Positions 9,549 to 19,013 of a DNA stretch of 64,000 bases are shown piece after piece. The notes beneath the pieces are model-generated. The model saw only the letters and a list, made by a program, of their open reading frames with translations, had not been told where the DNA came from and ran no database searches. Position numbers and translations under genes: made by a program. Position 1 is the first letter of the stretch, and each line of letters begins with the position of its first letter. Source of the DNA: a phage; sequence record PZ386974.1. One strand, 5' to 3'.

Positions 9549-9869
9549 ATCTTCTATGATATCAGAGTCATATCCTAATGAAATCAAGGACTTTTTAAAC
9601 TCTGCAATATTCTTTTGTTTCTTATCATTTAAAAATATGACAGGATAACGAATATTAAGTGAAGTGAATCCTGCACGTTTAGCAAGAGATACGATTAAAG
9701 GACGGTCATATTCAATCTTACCATTATTAGTGAGGACTTTATAAAATGTATAAGGAGCATTGAGCTCCTTTAAAAGTTTTGTAACAGTATAACATCCTGG
9801 ACAACGTCCTACTTCTTCAGGGATGCCATAGATTTCAATCTTGTTCTTTAAGTTCGAGTTTTGTTCCAC
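9546..9869 (-). CDS. nrdH: Glutaredoxin-like protein (NrdH-like redoxin); start uncertain, probably GTG
   Basis: C-terminal ~100 aa KIEIYGIPEEVGRCPGCYTVTKLL... carries a CPGC redox motif; no in-frame ATG upstream of the domain; sits upstream of nrdG as in T4. Confidence 0.55.
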   Translation of the reverse strand: MEQNSNLKNKIEIYGIPEEVGRCPGCYTVTKLLKELNAPYTFYKVLTNNGKIEYDRPLIVSLAKRAGFTSLNIRYPVIFLNDKKQKNIAEFKKSLISLGYDSDIIED

Positions 9870-10153
9870 GAGAAATAATTCCTTGGTAAGCCCAATAAGG
9901 AGGATTAACAGAATCCTCGCCAGAGTTTTCTTCAGGAAAATAAACCTGGATAACAAATCCAGACTCATCAAAGGTAAAATAAACCGTAGGCAGTTCACCT
10001 AACAATTCGACACGAGCATTAATTTCTTCTAGATCTCGTTCACGTCCAGCCCAAAAAACTAGGATTTAGACTACATTCATAGAAATAATAGTCATTACCG
10101 AACATATCAAAACCTTTCCAACTCTCTACCACATACCGCTCAAAACTAATCAT
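9835..10153 (-). pseudogene. Frame-interrupted ORF: ATG at 10153, frame change at a T6 run, continues about 64 codons in the +1 frame
   Basis: Frame 1 MISFERYVVESWKGFDMFGNDYYFYECSLNPSFLGWT-stop; frame +1 continues WAGRERDLEEINARVELLGELPTVYFTFDESGFVIQVYFPEENSGEDSV... without a start codon; junction at TTTTTTGGG. Confidence 0.35.
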
Positions 10154-10155
10154 AA

Positions 10156-10371
10156 TTAAGCCTTTTTATCAAGAACAGAATTCAGTTTATTAGTAATTTT
10201 GTCCAAACGTTCATTGAATTCGCTGGAGGATAAACCCTTTTCTGGAGAAATTAAACTAATCACGAAAAATACACCAGTAAAAGGAATAAGAAAAATAGCT
10301 CCAACTGCCATAAACAAAAAGAACGTTACAGTTGTAAGAAAATCAGCTAAACCTTTACGAAATTTATACAT
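10156..10371 (-). CDS. Hypothetical small membrane protein
   Basis: 71 aa ORF with a hydrophobic helix (VTFFLFMAVGAIFLIPFTGVFFVISLI). Confidence 0.5.
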   Translation of the reverse strand: MYKFRKGLADFLTTVTFFLFMAVGAIFLIPFTGVFFVISLISPEKGLSSSEFNERLDKITNKLNSVLDKKA

Positions 10372-10481
10372 ATTTACCCTTAATTAACTAAGCATTGATA
10401 ATCATTAAACTATATTGCGAATAAAATTCTGGGCCAAAACGAAAAATCATATCATTTATAGTATCCATAATATAATTCAAT

Positions 10482-10952
10482 TTAATCATGTTTCCACACC
10501 CCATCGGTATTTGACCAAAGTCGCTGATTATCTGATCCTCGCCACAGCTTTTTAGTCGGAAGATTTTTCTCATACTTCCCATCAATAATAACATCAACAT
10601 ATTTAAGCATTTCTAGTTGTTTAATATCTTCAAACTTATATCCTGTCCACAACCAAATGCTTTTATTGGGATAAAGATTTTTTACTGTTTGAACAATGCG
10701 ATGAATAACATCTCGGTTATCAGGATAGAGAGGGTCTCCTCCGGTTATAGTTAATCCTTCTATATAATCATTATTCAAACATTCAATTAATTGTTCTAGT
10801 GTCTCTCCAGTGAATGGAACACCGTTTCTAGCATTCCATGTTGATTTATTATAACACCCTTCGCATTTATGCAAACAACCTGTGACGAAAAGAACGACCC
10901 TGCAACCAGGGCCATTCACAAAATCGCAAGGATAAAATCTATCATAATTCAT
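10482..10952 (-). CDS. nrdG: Anaerobic ribonucleotide reductase activating protein NrdG (radical SAM)
   Basis: 156 aa; CLHKCEGCYN radical-SAM cysteine motif; immediately downstream of nrdD with an ATGA overlap. Confidence 0.9.
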   Translation of the reverse strand: MNYDRFYPCDFVNGPGCRVVLFVTGCLHKCEGCYNKSTWNARNGVPFTGETLEQLIECLNNDYIEGLTITGGDPLYPDNRDVIHRIVQTVKNLYPNKSIWLWTGYKFEDIKQLEMLKYVDVIIDGKYEKNLPTKKLWRGSDNQRLWSNTDGVWKHD

Positions 10953-12766
10953 TGGTGTTTAACCCTATGCATGATTTCTTTATTTTTGCCTAGATTAAAT
11001 CCGCGTTCGTTCGGGTTTCCAAGATAACCACACGTTCTTCTTATTGTGTTCATCTTTTTAGGATCAGTTTCTCCACAAATAGAACAAACAAATCCGTTTT
11101 CAGTAGGAGTCATTTCATGGGTACTTCCACACGTAAAACATTTATCTACTGGCATATTAACACCAAAATAATCTAAATGTTGTGCAGCATAATCCCAGAC
11201 AGCCTCAAGTCCCTTTAAATTGTTTTTCATATCTGGAAGTTCAACATAAGAAATGTGACCACCTGACGCAATGAAATGATATGGCGCTTCACGAGAAATC
11301 TTTTCAAACGGAGTAATATTTTCTTCTACTGAAACATGGAAACTATTAGTGTACCAGCCTTTATCAGTGACATCCTTTACACTTCCATATTTTTCCGTGT
11401 CGAGTTTACAGAAACGATAACACAAGTTTTCAGCAGGAGTAGAATACAAGCTAAAAGCAAAACCGGTTCTTTCGGTCCACTGTTTAAGATGAGTATTCAT
11501 TTTAGTTAAAATTTCTTGTCCAATATCACGACCGACAAGAATATTCAATTCGTGAATACCAATGTATCCTAGGGACACTGAACTTCTACCGTTTTTAAAT
11601 AACTCAATTATATCGTCATCAGGTTTAAGACGGACCCCGAATGCACCTTCTTGGTAAAGAATAGGAGCAACAGTCGCTTTAACCCCTTTTAAGGAACTAA
11701 TTCTACACATCAAAGCTTCAAAACACAAATCCATTCGTTCATCGAACAATTCGGCAAATTTCTGTTCATTGAACTGTGTTCCAATATAAGAATCTAATGC
11801 GATACGAGGAAGATTCAGTGTTACAACACCGAGATTATTACGTCCATCAAGAATTTCATTACCGGTCGAATCTTTCCATACGCTCAAGAAACTACGGCAA
11901 CCCATTGGAGAAACAGGAACTGAAGAACCGGTAATAGCTTTATTATTCTTAACCGAAATAATATCAGGATACATTCTTTTGCTTGCGCACTCTAGAGCAA
12001 GCTGCTTAATATCATAGTTCGGATCATCTTTATAAAGATTAACACCTTCTTCAACAAACATAACAAGCTTAGGGAAAATAGGAGTTATTCCATCACGACC
12101 AAGACCTTTAATGCGGTTTTTAAGAATTGCCTTCTGAATCATTCGTTCAGTCCAATCGGTTCCCGTACCAAATGTAATTGTTACAAAAGGCGTTTGTCCG
12201 TTTGAACTAAAGAGAGTATTTACTTCATATTCATAAGCTTGGAATGCGTCATAGACATCTTTTTCTGTTTTGGATTGAGCATAATTCAACGCATCAGCGA
12301 TTTGCCATTTTTCTGCATCTTCAATATGTTTTGCATAGGTGCGTTTAACATAAGGAGAAAGTACTTTATCTACATTAGCAAAAGTCGTTCCGCCATACTG
12401 GTGAGAAGCAACTTGTGCGGTAATTTGTGCCATAATTGCAGTAGCAACGCCAATAGATTTAGGCGTTTCAATTTGAGCATTGCCTAATTTAAATCCATTC
12501 TCAAGCATCCCATTTAAATCGACTAAACAGCAATTAGTAAATGGAAGAGCAGGAGAATAATCAATATCATGCATGTGAATGATTCCGCTTTCATGCGCAT
12601 TCATAATAAAAGACGGGACCATATTTTTGGCAATGTGCTTAGACACAATACCAGCCATAAGGTCCCGTTGAGTTGGAAAAACACGAGAATCTTTATTAGC
12701 ATTCTCGTTTAAAAGGTCTTTATTAGTTTTATGAATTAATCCTTCAATTTCTTTTTCAATTTTCAT
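10949..12766 (-). CDS. nrdD: Anaerobic ribonucleoside-triphosphate reductase NrdD (glycyl radical enzyme)
   Basis: 605 aa, the T4 NrdD length; C-terminal zinc-ribbon cysteines (CFTCGS...CSICG) and glycyl-radical region (RTCGYLG). Confidence 0.92.
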   Translation of the reverse strand: MKIEKEIEGLIHKTNKDLLNENANKDSRVFPTQRDLMAGIVSKHIAKNMVPSFIMNAHESGIIHMHDIDYSPALPFTNCCLVDLNGMLENGFKLGNAQIETPKSIGVATAIMAQITAQVASHQYGGTTFANVDKVLSPYVKRTYAKHIEDAEKWQIADALNYAQSKTEKDVYDAFQAYEYEVNTLFSSNGQTPFVTITFGTGTDWTERMIQKAILKNRIKGLGRDGITPIFPKLVMFVEEGVNLYKDDPNYDIKQLALECASKRMYPDIISVKNNKAITGSSVPVSPMGCRSFLSVWKDSTGNEILDGRNNLGVVTLNLPRIALDSYIGTQFNEQKFAELFDERMDLCFEALMCRISSLKGVKATVAPILYQEGAFGVRLKPDDDIIELFKNGRSSVSLGYIGIHELNILVGRDIGQEILTKMNTHLKQWTERTGFAFSLYSTPAENLCYRFCKLDTEKYGSVKDVTDKGWYTNSFHVSVEENITPFEKISREAPYHFIASGGHISYVELPDMKNNLKGLEAVWDYAAQHLDYFGVNMPVDKCFTCGSTHEMTPTENGFVCSICGETDPKKMNTIRRTCGYLGNPNERGFNLGKNKEIMHRVKHQ

Positions 12767-13236
12767 TTTAAACTCTTTCTAAGCTGCTTTTTGAATGAAG
12801 CTATTAATTGTGTTTTAGTGTCAGATTCATTATATTTAAATCCTCTTTGAAGCATCTCAGTCATCATTTCCTCTTTACCTAGTCTTGAGAACTCTTTAGT
12901 TTTGTCTGGAACAAAATTAGGATGGATATTATTATCAGAATAATCTTGTTTCAAATAAGCAAGAAGAGCTTCAAGCCATTCGAGGTAATCAACGTTTTGA
13001 CCTTTAAGACCAGAACGGTTGAACTTATGCTTCATTTGACCTTCTGCTGCGTTGCACAGGTTACATAGTAAACCACGAACCTTACCTGCTTTTGGCCCGT
13101 TTAATTCATGGTCGTGGTCAAGATGGTTACCTTGAACATCAGGGTCTAATTCACGGTGGCAAATAGGACACTTACCGTTCTGTGCATCATAAAATTTTTG
13201 TTTTTCTTCTTTATATTTTGCGCCTGATAATAACAT
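12763..13236 (-). CDS. 49: Endonuclease VII (Holliday junction resolvase) gp49
   Basis: 157 aa; MLLSGAKYKEEKQKFYDAQNGKCPICHREL...HLDHDHELNGP... near-identical to T4 endo VII as recalled. Confidence 0.93.
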   Translation of the reverse strand: MLLSGAKYKEEKQKFYDAQNGKCPICHRELDPDVQGNHLDHDHELNGPKAGKVRGLLCNLCNAAEGQMKHKFNRSGLKGQNVDYLEWLEALLAYLKQDYSDNNIHPNFVPDKTKEFSRLGKEEMMTEMLQRGFKYNESDTKTQLIASFKKQLRKSLK

Positions 13237-13271
13237 GATAAACCCTTACCTTAAATAGATAAGGGTATTTA

Positions 13272-13685
13272 TTAACTTAAACGTCTTTCTAAATATTCAA
13301 TGTATTCTGCGGCTGCTTGCATCAGGTTACCTTCATAGCCGTCGTTATTTTCTTGTCCGGCTAATTTAGCTAATGCATAAGAAATTCGTTCACCTTCGAA
13401 TTCACCAAGTCCGCCATCACAAACTTCTTGGTCAATTTCTTCGAGTTCATCTATTGAATGGGATTCCCAGAAGCACCAAAGAGAAGTATCACGGTCATAG
13501 ATGCAAAGTTTCTCACCTGTGTTCAACATCACTTCGATAATGCCATGGTCGCCATAACCATCTTCGGTAGTAGTACCAATTACCTTGATGATTGTTCCTT
13601 TCTTTAATTCAGGAAACTTGACTTGTAGTTCTTCATCTTCTTTAACAATCTTGAACCATTTACCGCGAGTTTCAGAAATATTCAT
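13272..13685 (-). CDS. Hypothetical acidic protein (T4 pin/49.x position)
   Basis: Track ORF 13272..13823 has a low-complexity extension; ATG at 13685 (MNISETRGKWF...) gives 138 aa. Confidence 0.45.
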   Translation of the reverse strand: MNISETRGKWFKIVKEDEELQVKFPELKKGTIIKVIGTTTEDGYGDHGIIEVMLNTGEKLCIYDRDTSLWCFWESHSIDELEEIDQEVCDGGLGEFEGERISYALAKLAGQENNDGYEGNLMQAAAEYIEYLERRLS

Positions 13686-13686
13686 A

Positions 13687-13857
13687 TCAATATTCTCTAT
13701 AAAAGTTACGATGAGAACGTTTAGCTTTGCGAAGCTGACGTTTAGTAGGACGAACTGTAAATGGTTGTCCAGAGAAAAAATTCGGATCGGTTTTAATAAG
13801 CAAATACCAATCATGCTTGCCATTTTTTAATAAACGGTACAATAATTTAACTTGCAT
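13687..13857 (-). CDS. Small basic hypothetical protein
   Basis: Track ORF 13687..13884 begins at TTG; ATG at 13857 (MQVKLLYRLL...). Confidence 0.4.
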   Translation of the reverse strand: MQVKLLYRLLKNGKHDWYLLIKTDPNFFSGQPFTVRPTKRQLRKAKRSHRNFYREY

Positions 13858-14158
13858 AATAATCTCTTCCCATTTCCATATCAATTAATTCATTTATTGA
13901 AGGTTCATCATAACACGTTTCTTCGTCGTTGTAAAATGTTTCGACGTCTGGCTCGACCGTCTCCCATCGAGCCGAATACCACGGTTTAACCGCGGAGCTT
14001 ATTGAGCTCTTCATAATCAATCCAGGATTCTAGTCCGGATGGTAAAGCCGATTCAATTTCCCAAAGAAGCTCTTCAATTTTTTGAAGACGATCTAATTCT
14101 TCAACAGGAATAGTAACCATTGATGGAGCTCTTGCTGCACTAATATCGTAAATCATAT

Positions 14159-14374
14159 TTACCCCAGTTTAACCATGCAATCGCCGTATTTCCATTTAGA
14201 AATAGACTTTTCGCCATTAGAATAATAAACTTCGAGTTTAGCACGATTATTTTTAATTTGAATAACCTTGGCTGTCATCAAAGTTCCATACCCATAGTAA
14301 ACTGCAACTTCATCACCTACATACACCGCGTTTCCACGGTAGTCATGGATATAATCAGTTCCTTTAAGCATCAT
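14159..14374 (-). CDS. Hypothetical protein
   Basis: 71 aa ORF overlapping nrdC by 4 nt. Confidence 0.5.
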   Translation of the reverse strand: MMLKGTDYIHDYRGNAVYVGDEVAVYYGYGTLMTAKVIQIKNNRAKLEVYYSNGEKSISKWKYGDCMVKLG

Positions 14375-14634
14375 TTAAAATATTCCCGCAGTTGATCAAA
14401 TCCACCGATCGAAGTTCCATCAGGAGCAAACACCTGAGGCATCGTCAACCCAACATGTGTTTCACGTCCTAGTTTATTCAGAAGCTCGTCAATTTTTTCT
14501 TCATCAAATACACCTTTCTCTGGCATCACGTTAATGAATTCGAACGGCTGTTTCTTAACAGTCAGCAATCGTTTCGCATTATCACAATAAATGCATTTAT
14601 GAATAGTAGAGTCATACCCGTACACTTTAAACAT
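14371..14634 (-). CDS. nrdC: Thioredoxin/glutaredoxin NrdC
   Basis: Track ORF 14371..14652; ATG at 14634 gives 87 aa MFKVYGYDSTIHKCIYCDNAKRLL... near-identical to T4 NrdC as recalled (CxYC active site). Confidence 0.92.
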   Translation of the reverse strand: MFKVYGYDSTIHKCIYCDNAKRLLTVKKQPFEFINVMPEKGVFDEEKIDELLNKLGRETHVGLTMPQVFAPDGTSIGGFDQLREYFK

Positions 14635-15040
14635 TATTTTTCCTTTCATCAATTAAATATGCAATGCCAAATACAATACATGTAATAAAACCTGTGATAC
14701 AGATAGAAACCAACAACACTGTACCAAAGAACCAAATCAAGTTATCTTTAGTAGTTTGTTTGATATCCATCTCACGAATTTCTATAGCTATCGTATCACC
14801 TTTATTCAGAAGCGTATAAAACGATGGCGATACACGCCTGTCAAAAACTCGTCCTTGCTCATCTTTATAGACGGCAATAAATTCTAATTTAGAATATTTT
14901 CCTGTAGATTGACCTGAGATTAGCTCTACTACCTCCACAGGAATTACTTTAGTTTCCATGTAAGTATTCTGGCTGTTCCAAATGAACGGGATGATGGCAA
15001 AAACTAAAGCTGCAATAAAACAACGAAGACTATATCTCAT
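14627..15040 (-). CDS. Hypothetical membrane protein (N- and C-terminal TM helices)
   Basis: 137 aa; hydrophobic segments at both ends. Confidence 0.5.
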   Translation of the reverse strand: MRYSLRCFIAALVFAIIPFIWNSQNTYMETKVIPVEVVELISGQSTGKYSKLEFIAVYKDEQGRVFDRRVSPSFYTLLNKGDTIAIEIREMDIKQTTKDNLIWFFGTVLLVSICITGFITCIVFGIAYLIDERKNNV

Positions 15041-15345
15041 TATAATGTTCTCTCAAATTTGTGGAAGCATTTACGGCATTTCAATTTCAAGTTATCACTG
15101 GTCCAGTTAACCAGTTGGACTTGGATAGTTCCACATTCTGGGCATGGGTGTTTTGCTGCCGATTTGGCAGCATTTTCACGTCGTTCAACCATTTTCATTA
15201 TTTCGTTCCATGCTGGAGGAACGAACTCTTCTTCACCATGAATTTTATCTCGCTGAACAAATTCAATCTTTGAACTATCATCAATAAACTTAACTAAGCC
15301 ATGATTAGTGCTCATATCAATATCCTCTAGAAGACGTAGGTTCAT
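15040..15345 (-). CDS. Hypothetical zinc-ribbon protein
   Basis: 101 aa; CPEC...CRKC cysteine pairs near the C-terminus. Confidence 0.5.
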   Translation of the reverse strand: MNLRLLEDIDMSTNHGLVKFIDDSSKIEFVQRDKIHGEEEFVPPAWNEIMKMVERRENAAKSAAKHPCPECGTIQVQLVNWTSDNLKLKCRKCFHKFERTL

Positions 15346-16292
15346 TATAACACCTCAATGGCATTTCGTAAACCATCCGCTTTCGCGTTCAGAGCTTTTA
15401 ACGATTTAGTCTGTTCTTTAATCTGGGCTTCGACTTCTTTAAGACGAGATTTGAGATATTCACGTTCTTCGCTCAAGTTGTCAACTTTTTCTACTTTAGG
15501 TTCTTTAATAGTCTTAAGTTTATACTCGTTAGGGTTCTTCAACTTAATTTGAATGCGAGAACTGAATAACATCGAACCGTTATCTTCGGTTTCGTCATAC
15601 ATTTCTACTACGTCCATGATTCTTAACATCATGCGAAGTTTATAAGACAGCGAACGAACGGTTTTATTGTGCTTCTTAATTTCTTCAGCTTTCATGGTGC
15701 CGAGATTACGTGAGTAGTAATAAGGAACCTGGATATCAATTGACAATGATGCGTTACCATTACCTGTTGGTTTGAATACTGCAGTAACCCAATCTTTAAC
15801 ATGAACTTTATTTGTACGATCATCGCCACCAGTGAATAATTTACGAGAATGTTTAAAAAGCATATTCACTTGGTTATTGAATTCACAAGCAAATTTATCA
15901 GCAAATTTAGTTTCAGGAATGGTAGATAACCAATCAGCCAAATGAGTCTTTTTAACATCATTAACAATAGTGAATTCAACCAAATCGGTTTTAGATGTCA
16001 CAGATTTAATAAAGCTCGGCTTCATAAAGTTTTTAATGTTATCGCGAGCTACAGTAGAAGATAATAAACGAGAACGTTTGAACCATTGAAGCAGCGTCCC
16101 TAATGAATGAGAATATGCATTTTGAGTATCTTTACAGATATGATTTTCTTGGCCTGTGTATGTAAGAAAATCACGAAGAATACTATAAACCACACCTTTA
16201 TGTGGAACATCAGTCCAAGCACCAGTAGCACGTTGAGCGTGAGCGTTAGCGATAAGACCGGCAAAGTATTCAATGTAATGTGAACGTGTCAT
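15345..16292 (-). CDS. Hypothetical protein with C-terminal coiled-coil
   Basis: 315 aa ORF with ATG start; Lys/Glu-rich heptad-like tail. Confidence 0.55.
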   Translation of the reverse strand: MTRSHYIEYFAGLIANAHAQRATGAWTDVPHKGVVYSILRDFLTYTGQENHICKDTQNAYSHSLGTLLQWFKRSRLLSSTVARDNIKNFMKPSFIKSVTSKTDLVEFTIVNDVKKTHLADWLSTIPETKFADKFACEFNNQVNMLFKHSRKLFTGGDDRTNKVHVKDWVTAVFKPTGNGNASLSIDIQVPYYYSRNLGTMKAEEIKKHNKTVRSLSYKLRMMLRIMDVVEMYDETEDNGSMLFSSRIQIKLKNPNEYKLKTIKEPKVEKVDNLSEEREYLKSRLKEVEAQIKEQTKSLKALNAKADGLRNAIEVL

Positions 16293-16320
16293 AATATTTT
16301 CCTCTCGTTAAGATAAATTC

Positions 16321-16350
16321 ATTATACTCCAACCATCCTTGGTTGTAAAC
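16321..16350 (-). promoter_or_regulatory. Early promoter (GTTTAC-N18-TATAAT) with hairpin CAACCA-tcct-TGGTTG in the spacer
   Basis: Plus strand attatactccaaccatccttggttgtaaac; 27 nt identical copy at 17341-17367. Confidence 0.5.
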
Positions 16351-16354
16351 TGAT

Positions 16355-17314
16355 TTATGATTTTAACGCATTCATTGCGTTAAAAAGTTTAGAATACTGC
16401 AACTGGAGATTCGTTACAACACTTTGAGCATCACGAAGCTTAGCTTGTGCTTTGTCAAGTTCAACAGACAGTTGGTCCATAGTGGCCTTGATTTGATTGT
16501 AATGGTAATCTTCGACCGGAAGAAGGTCATTAGAAACATTTAGTTTTACTGCAGACAGTTTGCACACATTTGGCAAACCTTTAAACATTGATTTACCCGA
16601 AGTAGAATAAGCACTTAGGACTTCGGCCTGTTCAATTGGGGTCCCAGTAAGCGATGCTTCAAACGTTGCATTTTCCTTTTTAAGATTTTGATAATATTCG
16701 GAGTCTTTGTGCCACCATGGCGCAGGAACCTTTTTACCAATAGATACACGAGCCTGGATAGCGATATGGCCCTTATTCTTGATAGGGTTGATAATATTAA
16801 GCTCACGAGAATAAATTGCTTTAATCTGGTGGATATTATCACCTAACACTTCCAATGCTTGGTGGAATACACGAGCAACGTTATCATTCTTAGGTTTATA
16901 CGTAAGAGTGAACTCATTCTCACTGATAACCATGATTTCCAACTTATCGTAAGTATATTTCAAATGTTTCATGTTAATTGCTTGAGGACGAATACGAGAA
17001 GCAATGGCCATCAGATTGTTAAGGTTATTCCGGAACTGCTTAGCGAAATATTGACCTTCACCGCCAATACAAAAATTACGAAGTTTCTGTTTGGCCAATA
17101 AACGGCTGAACTCACCATTTTTAATGAACTCTTTAACGGGTGTGTTAGTAACGCATTCAAATTGGGTAAACATACGAGAAGTAATCCCATAATATGAACA
17201 GATTTCCTCAATCTCTTCAGGAGTCTTTACAGGCATACGGATAGGATTAGGTCCTGGAGTATATGCGTTCGAGGTAAATTCTTTGATAAGTTCTCTACGT
17301 GTAATAAAAGCCAT
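16355..17314 (-). CDS. Hypothetical protein with C-terminal coiled-coil
   Basis: 319 aa ORF, ATG start. Confidence 0.55.
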   Translation of the reverse strand: MAFITRRELIKEFTSNAYTPGPNPIRMPVKTPEEIEEICSYYGITSRMFTQFECVTNTPVKEFIKNGEFSRLLAKQKLRNFCIGGEGQYFAKQFRNNLNNLMAIASRIRPQAINMKHLKYTYDKLEIMVISENEFTLTYKPKNDNVARVFHQALEVLGDNIHQIKAIYSRELNIINPIKNKGHIAIQARVSIGKKVPAPWWHKDSEYYQNLKKENATFEASLTGTPIEQAEVLSAYSTSGKSMFKGLPNVCKLSAVKLNVSNDLLPVEDYHYNQIKATMDQLSVELDKAQAKLRDAQSVVTNLQLQYSKLFNAMNALKS

Positions 17315-17340
17315 TTTATATTCCTCATGTTGAAAAATTT

Positions 17341-17370
17341 ATTATACTCCAACCATCCTTGGTTGTACAT
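17341..17370 (-). promoter_or_regulatory. Early promoter/stem-loop, duplicate of the 16321 element
   Basis: attatactccaaccatccttggttgta repeated exactly; -35-like TGTACA. Confidence 0.5.
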
Positions 17371-18365
17371 CATTCCTTAAGAAGTTTTACTACTTGAATA
17401 AGATTAGCTCGTTCTGTTTTATTTTTACCGTTTAAGCCTGCTAATCGTGAGATTTCATCGTCAGTCTGTTGAATAGTTACATTAAGTTCGTTAATCAAAG
17501 CTTCAAAGTATTTGATTTGCTCAGCATGTTTTGATTCAAATTTCTGAACCGGAATAACGTCTTGGTTCAGTTCATCAATAAGGTCTTTAAGAGCATCTTC
17601 TTGGTTGATATCATATTCAACTTCTTTTATTTCTTCAACTAGCTCGTCTTTATATCTAACGTCTTTTAGTCCTGGTGCTGGTCCTGAAATCTCTTCTTTA
17701 AGAGTACAAACATACCCAATACGGTATCCAGTGCCGTCTCGCTTGATATCAACTTCGTCGATAAATCCACAATGTTTGAGACCAGAGCCGATTAGGTCAA
17801 AATATCCTTGACGACGTCCTTCAAACGTTACACGAACTACTAAGACAGTTTTGCCTGCAATCTTTTGAAGCTCACATTTATAAAAGTCAGTTGAACCTGA
17901 ATAACGTGGATGAGTTTTAAAGTTCATCTGACGATCTAGGCCCATTTGTAAACGTGCTGTTACGGCCATAAAACGTGTTTGGTTCTCGTTAAGATGAGCA
18001 ACAATCCATTTCAAAGGCATTTTACACTGTTCACGACCGAACAAATCAGTACGTCCTAGATTACGCAGGATGTTGTTAGAGTTAATCATCGACAGAACGT
18101 TAAGTTTATTCAGCGCGCTGAAGATTCCATCAGCCATTGATTTTCCGTAGCCTTTACACGCTTTAATAAGCGCTCGCGGTAGATTAGTATAGATTTCAGA
18201 CGGCATATGAAAATCAAATTTACTAACCAGTAATTGATGAACTTGGATAGCAATTCGTTCATAATTAAGCGCTCTGCGATCATTATGGTCTTTAAACCAC
18301 ACTTTAATCTGTGAAGCACATAAACCGTTAATTTCATGTTTTATCGCATCAGATGTAATGCTCAT
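17370..18365 (-). CDS. Hypothetical protein with C-terminal coiled-coil
   Basis: 331 aa ORF. Confidence 0.55.
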   Translation of the reverse strand: MSITSDAIKHEINGLCASQIKVWFKDHNDRRALNYERIAIQVHQLLVSKFDFHMPSEIYTNLPRALIKACKGYGKSMADGIFSALNKLNVLSMINSNNILRNLGRTDLFGREQCKMPLKWIVAHLNENQTRFMAVTARLQMGLDRQMNFKTHPRYSGSTDFYKCELQKIAGKTVLVVRVTFEGRRQGYFDLIGSGLKHCGFIDEVDIKRDGTGYRIGYVCTLKEEISGPAPGLKDVRYKDELVEEIKEVEYDINQEDALKDLIDELNQDVIPVQKFESKHAEQIKYFEALINELNVTIQQTDDEISRLAGLNGKNKTERANLIQVVKLLKE

Positions 18366-18427
18366 AACTATTTCCTCAGATTGAATTGGAACTCAAAACC
18401 ATTATAACCCGTCCTTGGGTAAAGCGT

Positions 18428-18955
18428 TTATGCGTGAACCGTCTTTAAACGTTCTTCAAATTTCCGAAGAGTACTAATACGTTCTGCTTTCTGTTTTGTA
18501 TAGTTTGCAATACGTTCCGAAGTGAGAGCGTATCGTTCGTTTACTGTTTCTTTCATGAAGTCAGGGATTTCACGAGAAGCTTTAATTTCATCAAACTTAT
18601 CGAGTACTGCCTGGTCTTCAGCGATTAAATTTTCGTACATCTCGATATCTTTCTTAATAAACTCGATATCTTCCTGGGTTACTTTGGATAAACGAGATGC
18701 TTTATCCTTTTTGTACTGCTCGTTAGTTTCACGAGACCAGAATAATGTACGGTTTTTGTTAGTGTTTTTGTAGACTTCCACAATTCCAACTGAATCGATG
18801 ATAACAATCCAATTCCAGCGAGATTTGAAAATCTGACCTCCATCTACGGTAATCTCGTTACCATAAGCAACGTCATTAAAGAACTTGCTTTGTGCTTCAG
18901 ATTTAAATTTACCGTCGTTATAATTTACCAGGTTGAAAATATCTTTAGCGTTCAT
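18428..18955 (-). CDS. Hypothetical protein
   Basis: 175 aa ORF. Confidence 0.5.
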   Translation of the reverse strand: MNAKDIFNLVNYNDGKFKSEAQSKFFNDVAYGNEITVDGGQIFKSRWNWIVIIDSVGIVEVYKNTNKNRTLFWSRETNEQYKKDKASRLSKVTQEDIEFIKKDIEMYENLIAEDQAVLDKFDEIKASREIPDFMKETVNERYALTSERIANYTKQKAERISTLRKFEERLKTVHA

Positions 18956-18970
18956 GTTTTACCTCCAGTA

Positions 18971-19011
18971 GTTGATAGGTCTATAATAACATAACCATAG
19001 ACCTTGTAAAC
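18971..19011 (-). promoter_or_regulatory. PeSL-like promoter: GTTTAC -35, TAGGTCTAT/ATAGACCT arms around a TATTAT -10
   Basis: Plus strand gttgataggtctataataacataaccatagaccttgtaaac; coordinates approximate. Confidence 0.45.
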
Positions 19012-19013
19012 AA

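Noticed and set aside
9870-9998. N-terminal 43 residues of track ORF 9546..9998 as part of the NrdH-like protein
   Set aside because: The GTG-initiated extension (MNCLRFILPLMSLDLL...) is hydrophobic and low-complexity, and overlaps the better-looking +1 frame of the upstream interrupted ORF; the redoxin domain more plausibly starts near 9869.
10388-10600. 70 aa minus-strand ORF overlapping the 3' part of nrdG
   Set aside because: Out-of-frame overlap with the conserved nrdG coding sequence; no independent start signal.
13272-13823. Assignment of the 13272..13685 ORF as T4 Pin (protease inhibitor)
   Set aside because: The position relative to gene 49 is right, but the length (138 vs about 161 aa) and sequence did not match my recollection well enough; left as hypothetical.
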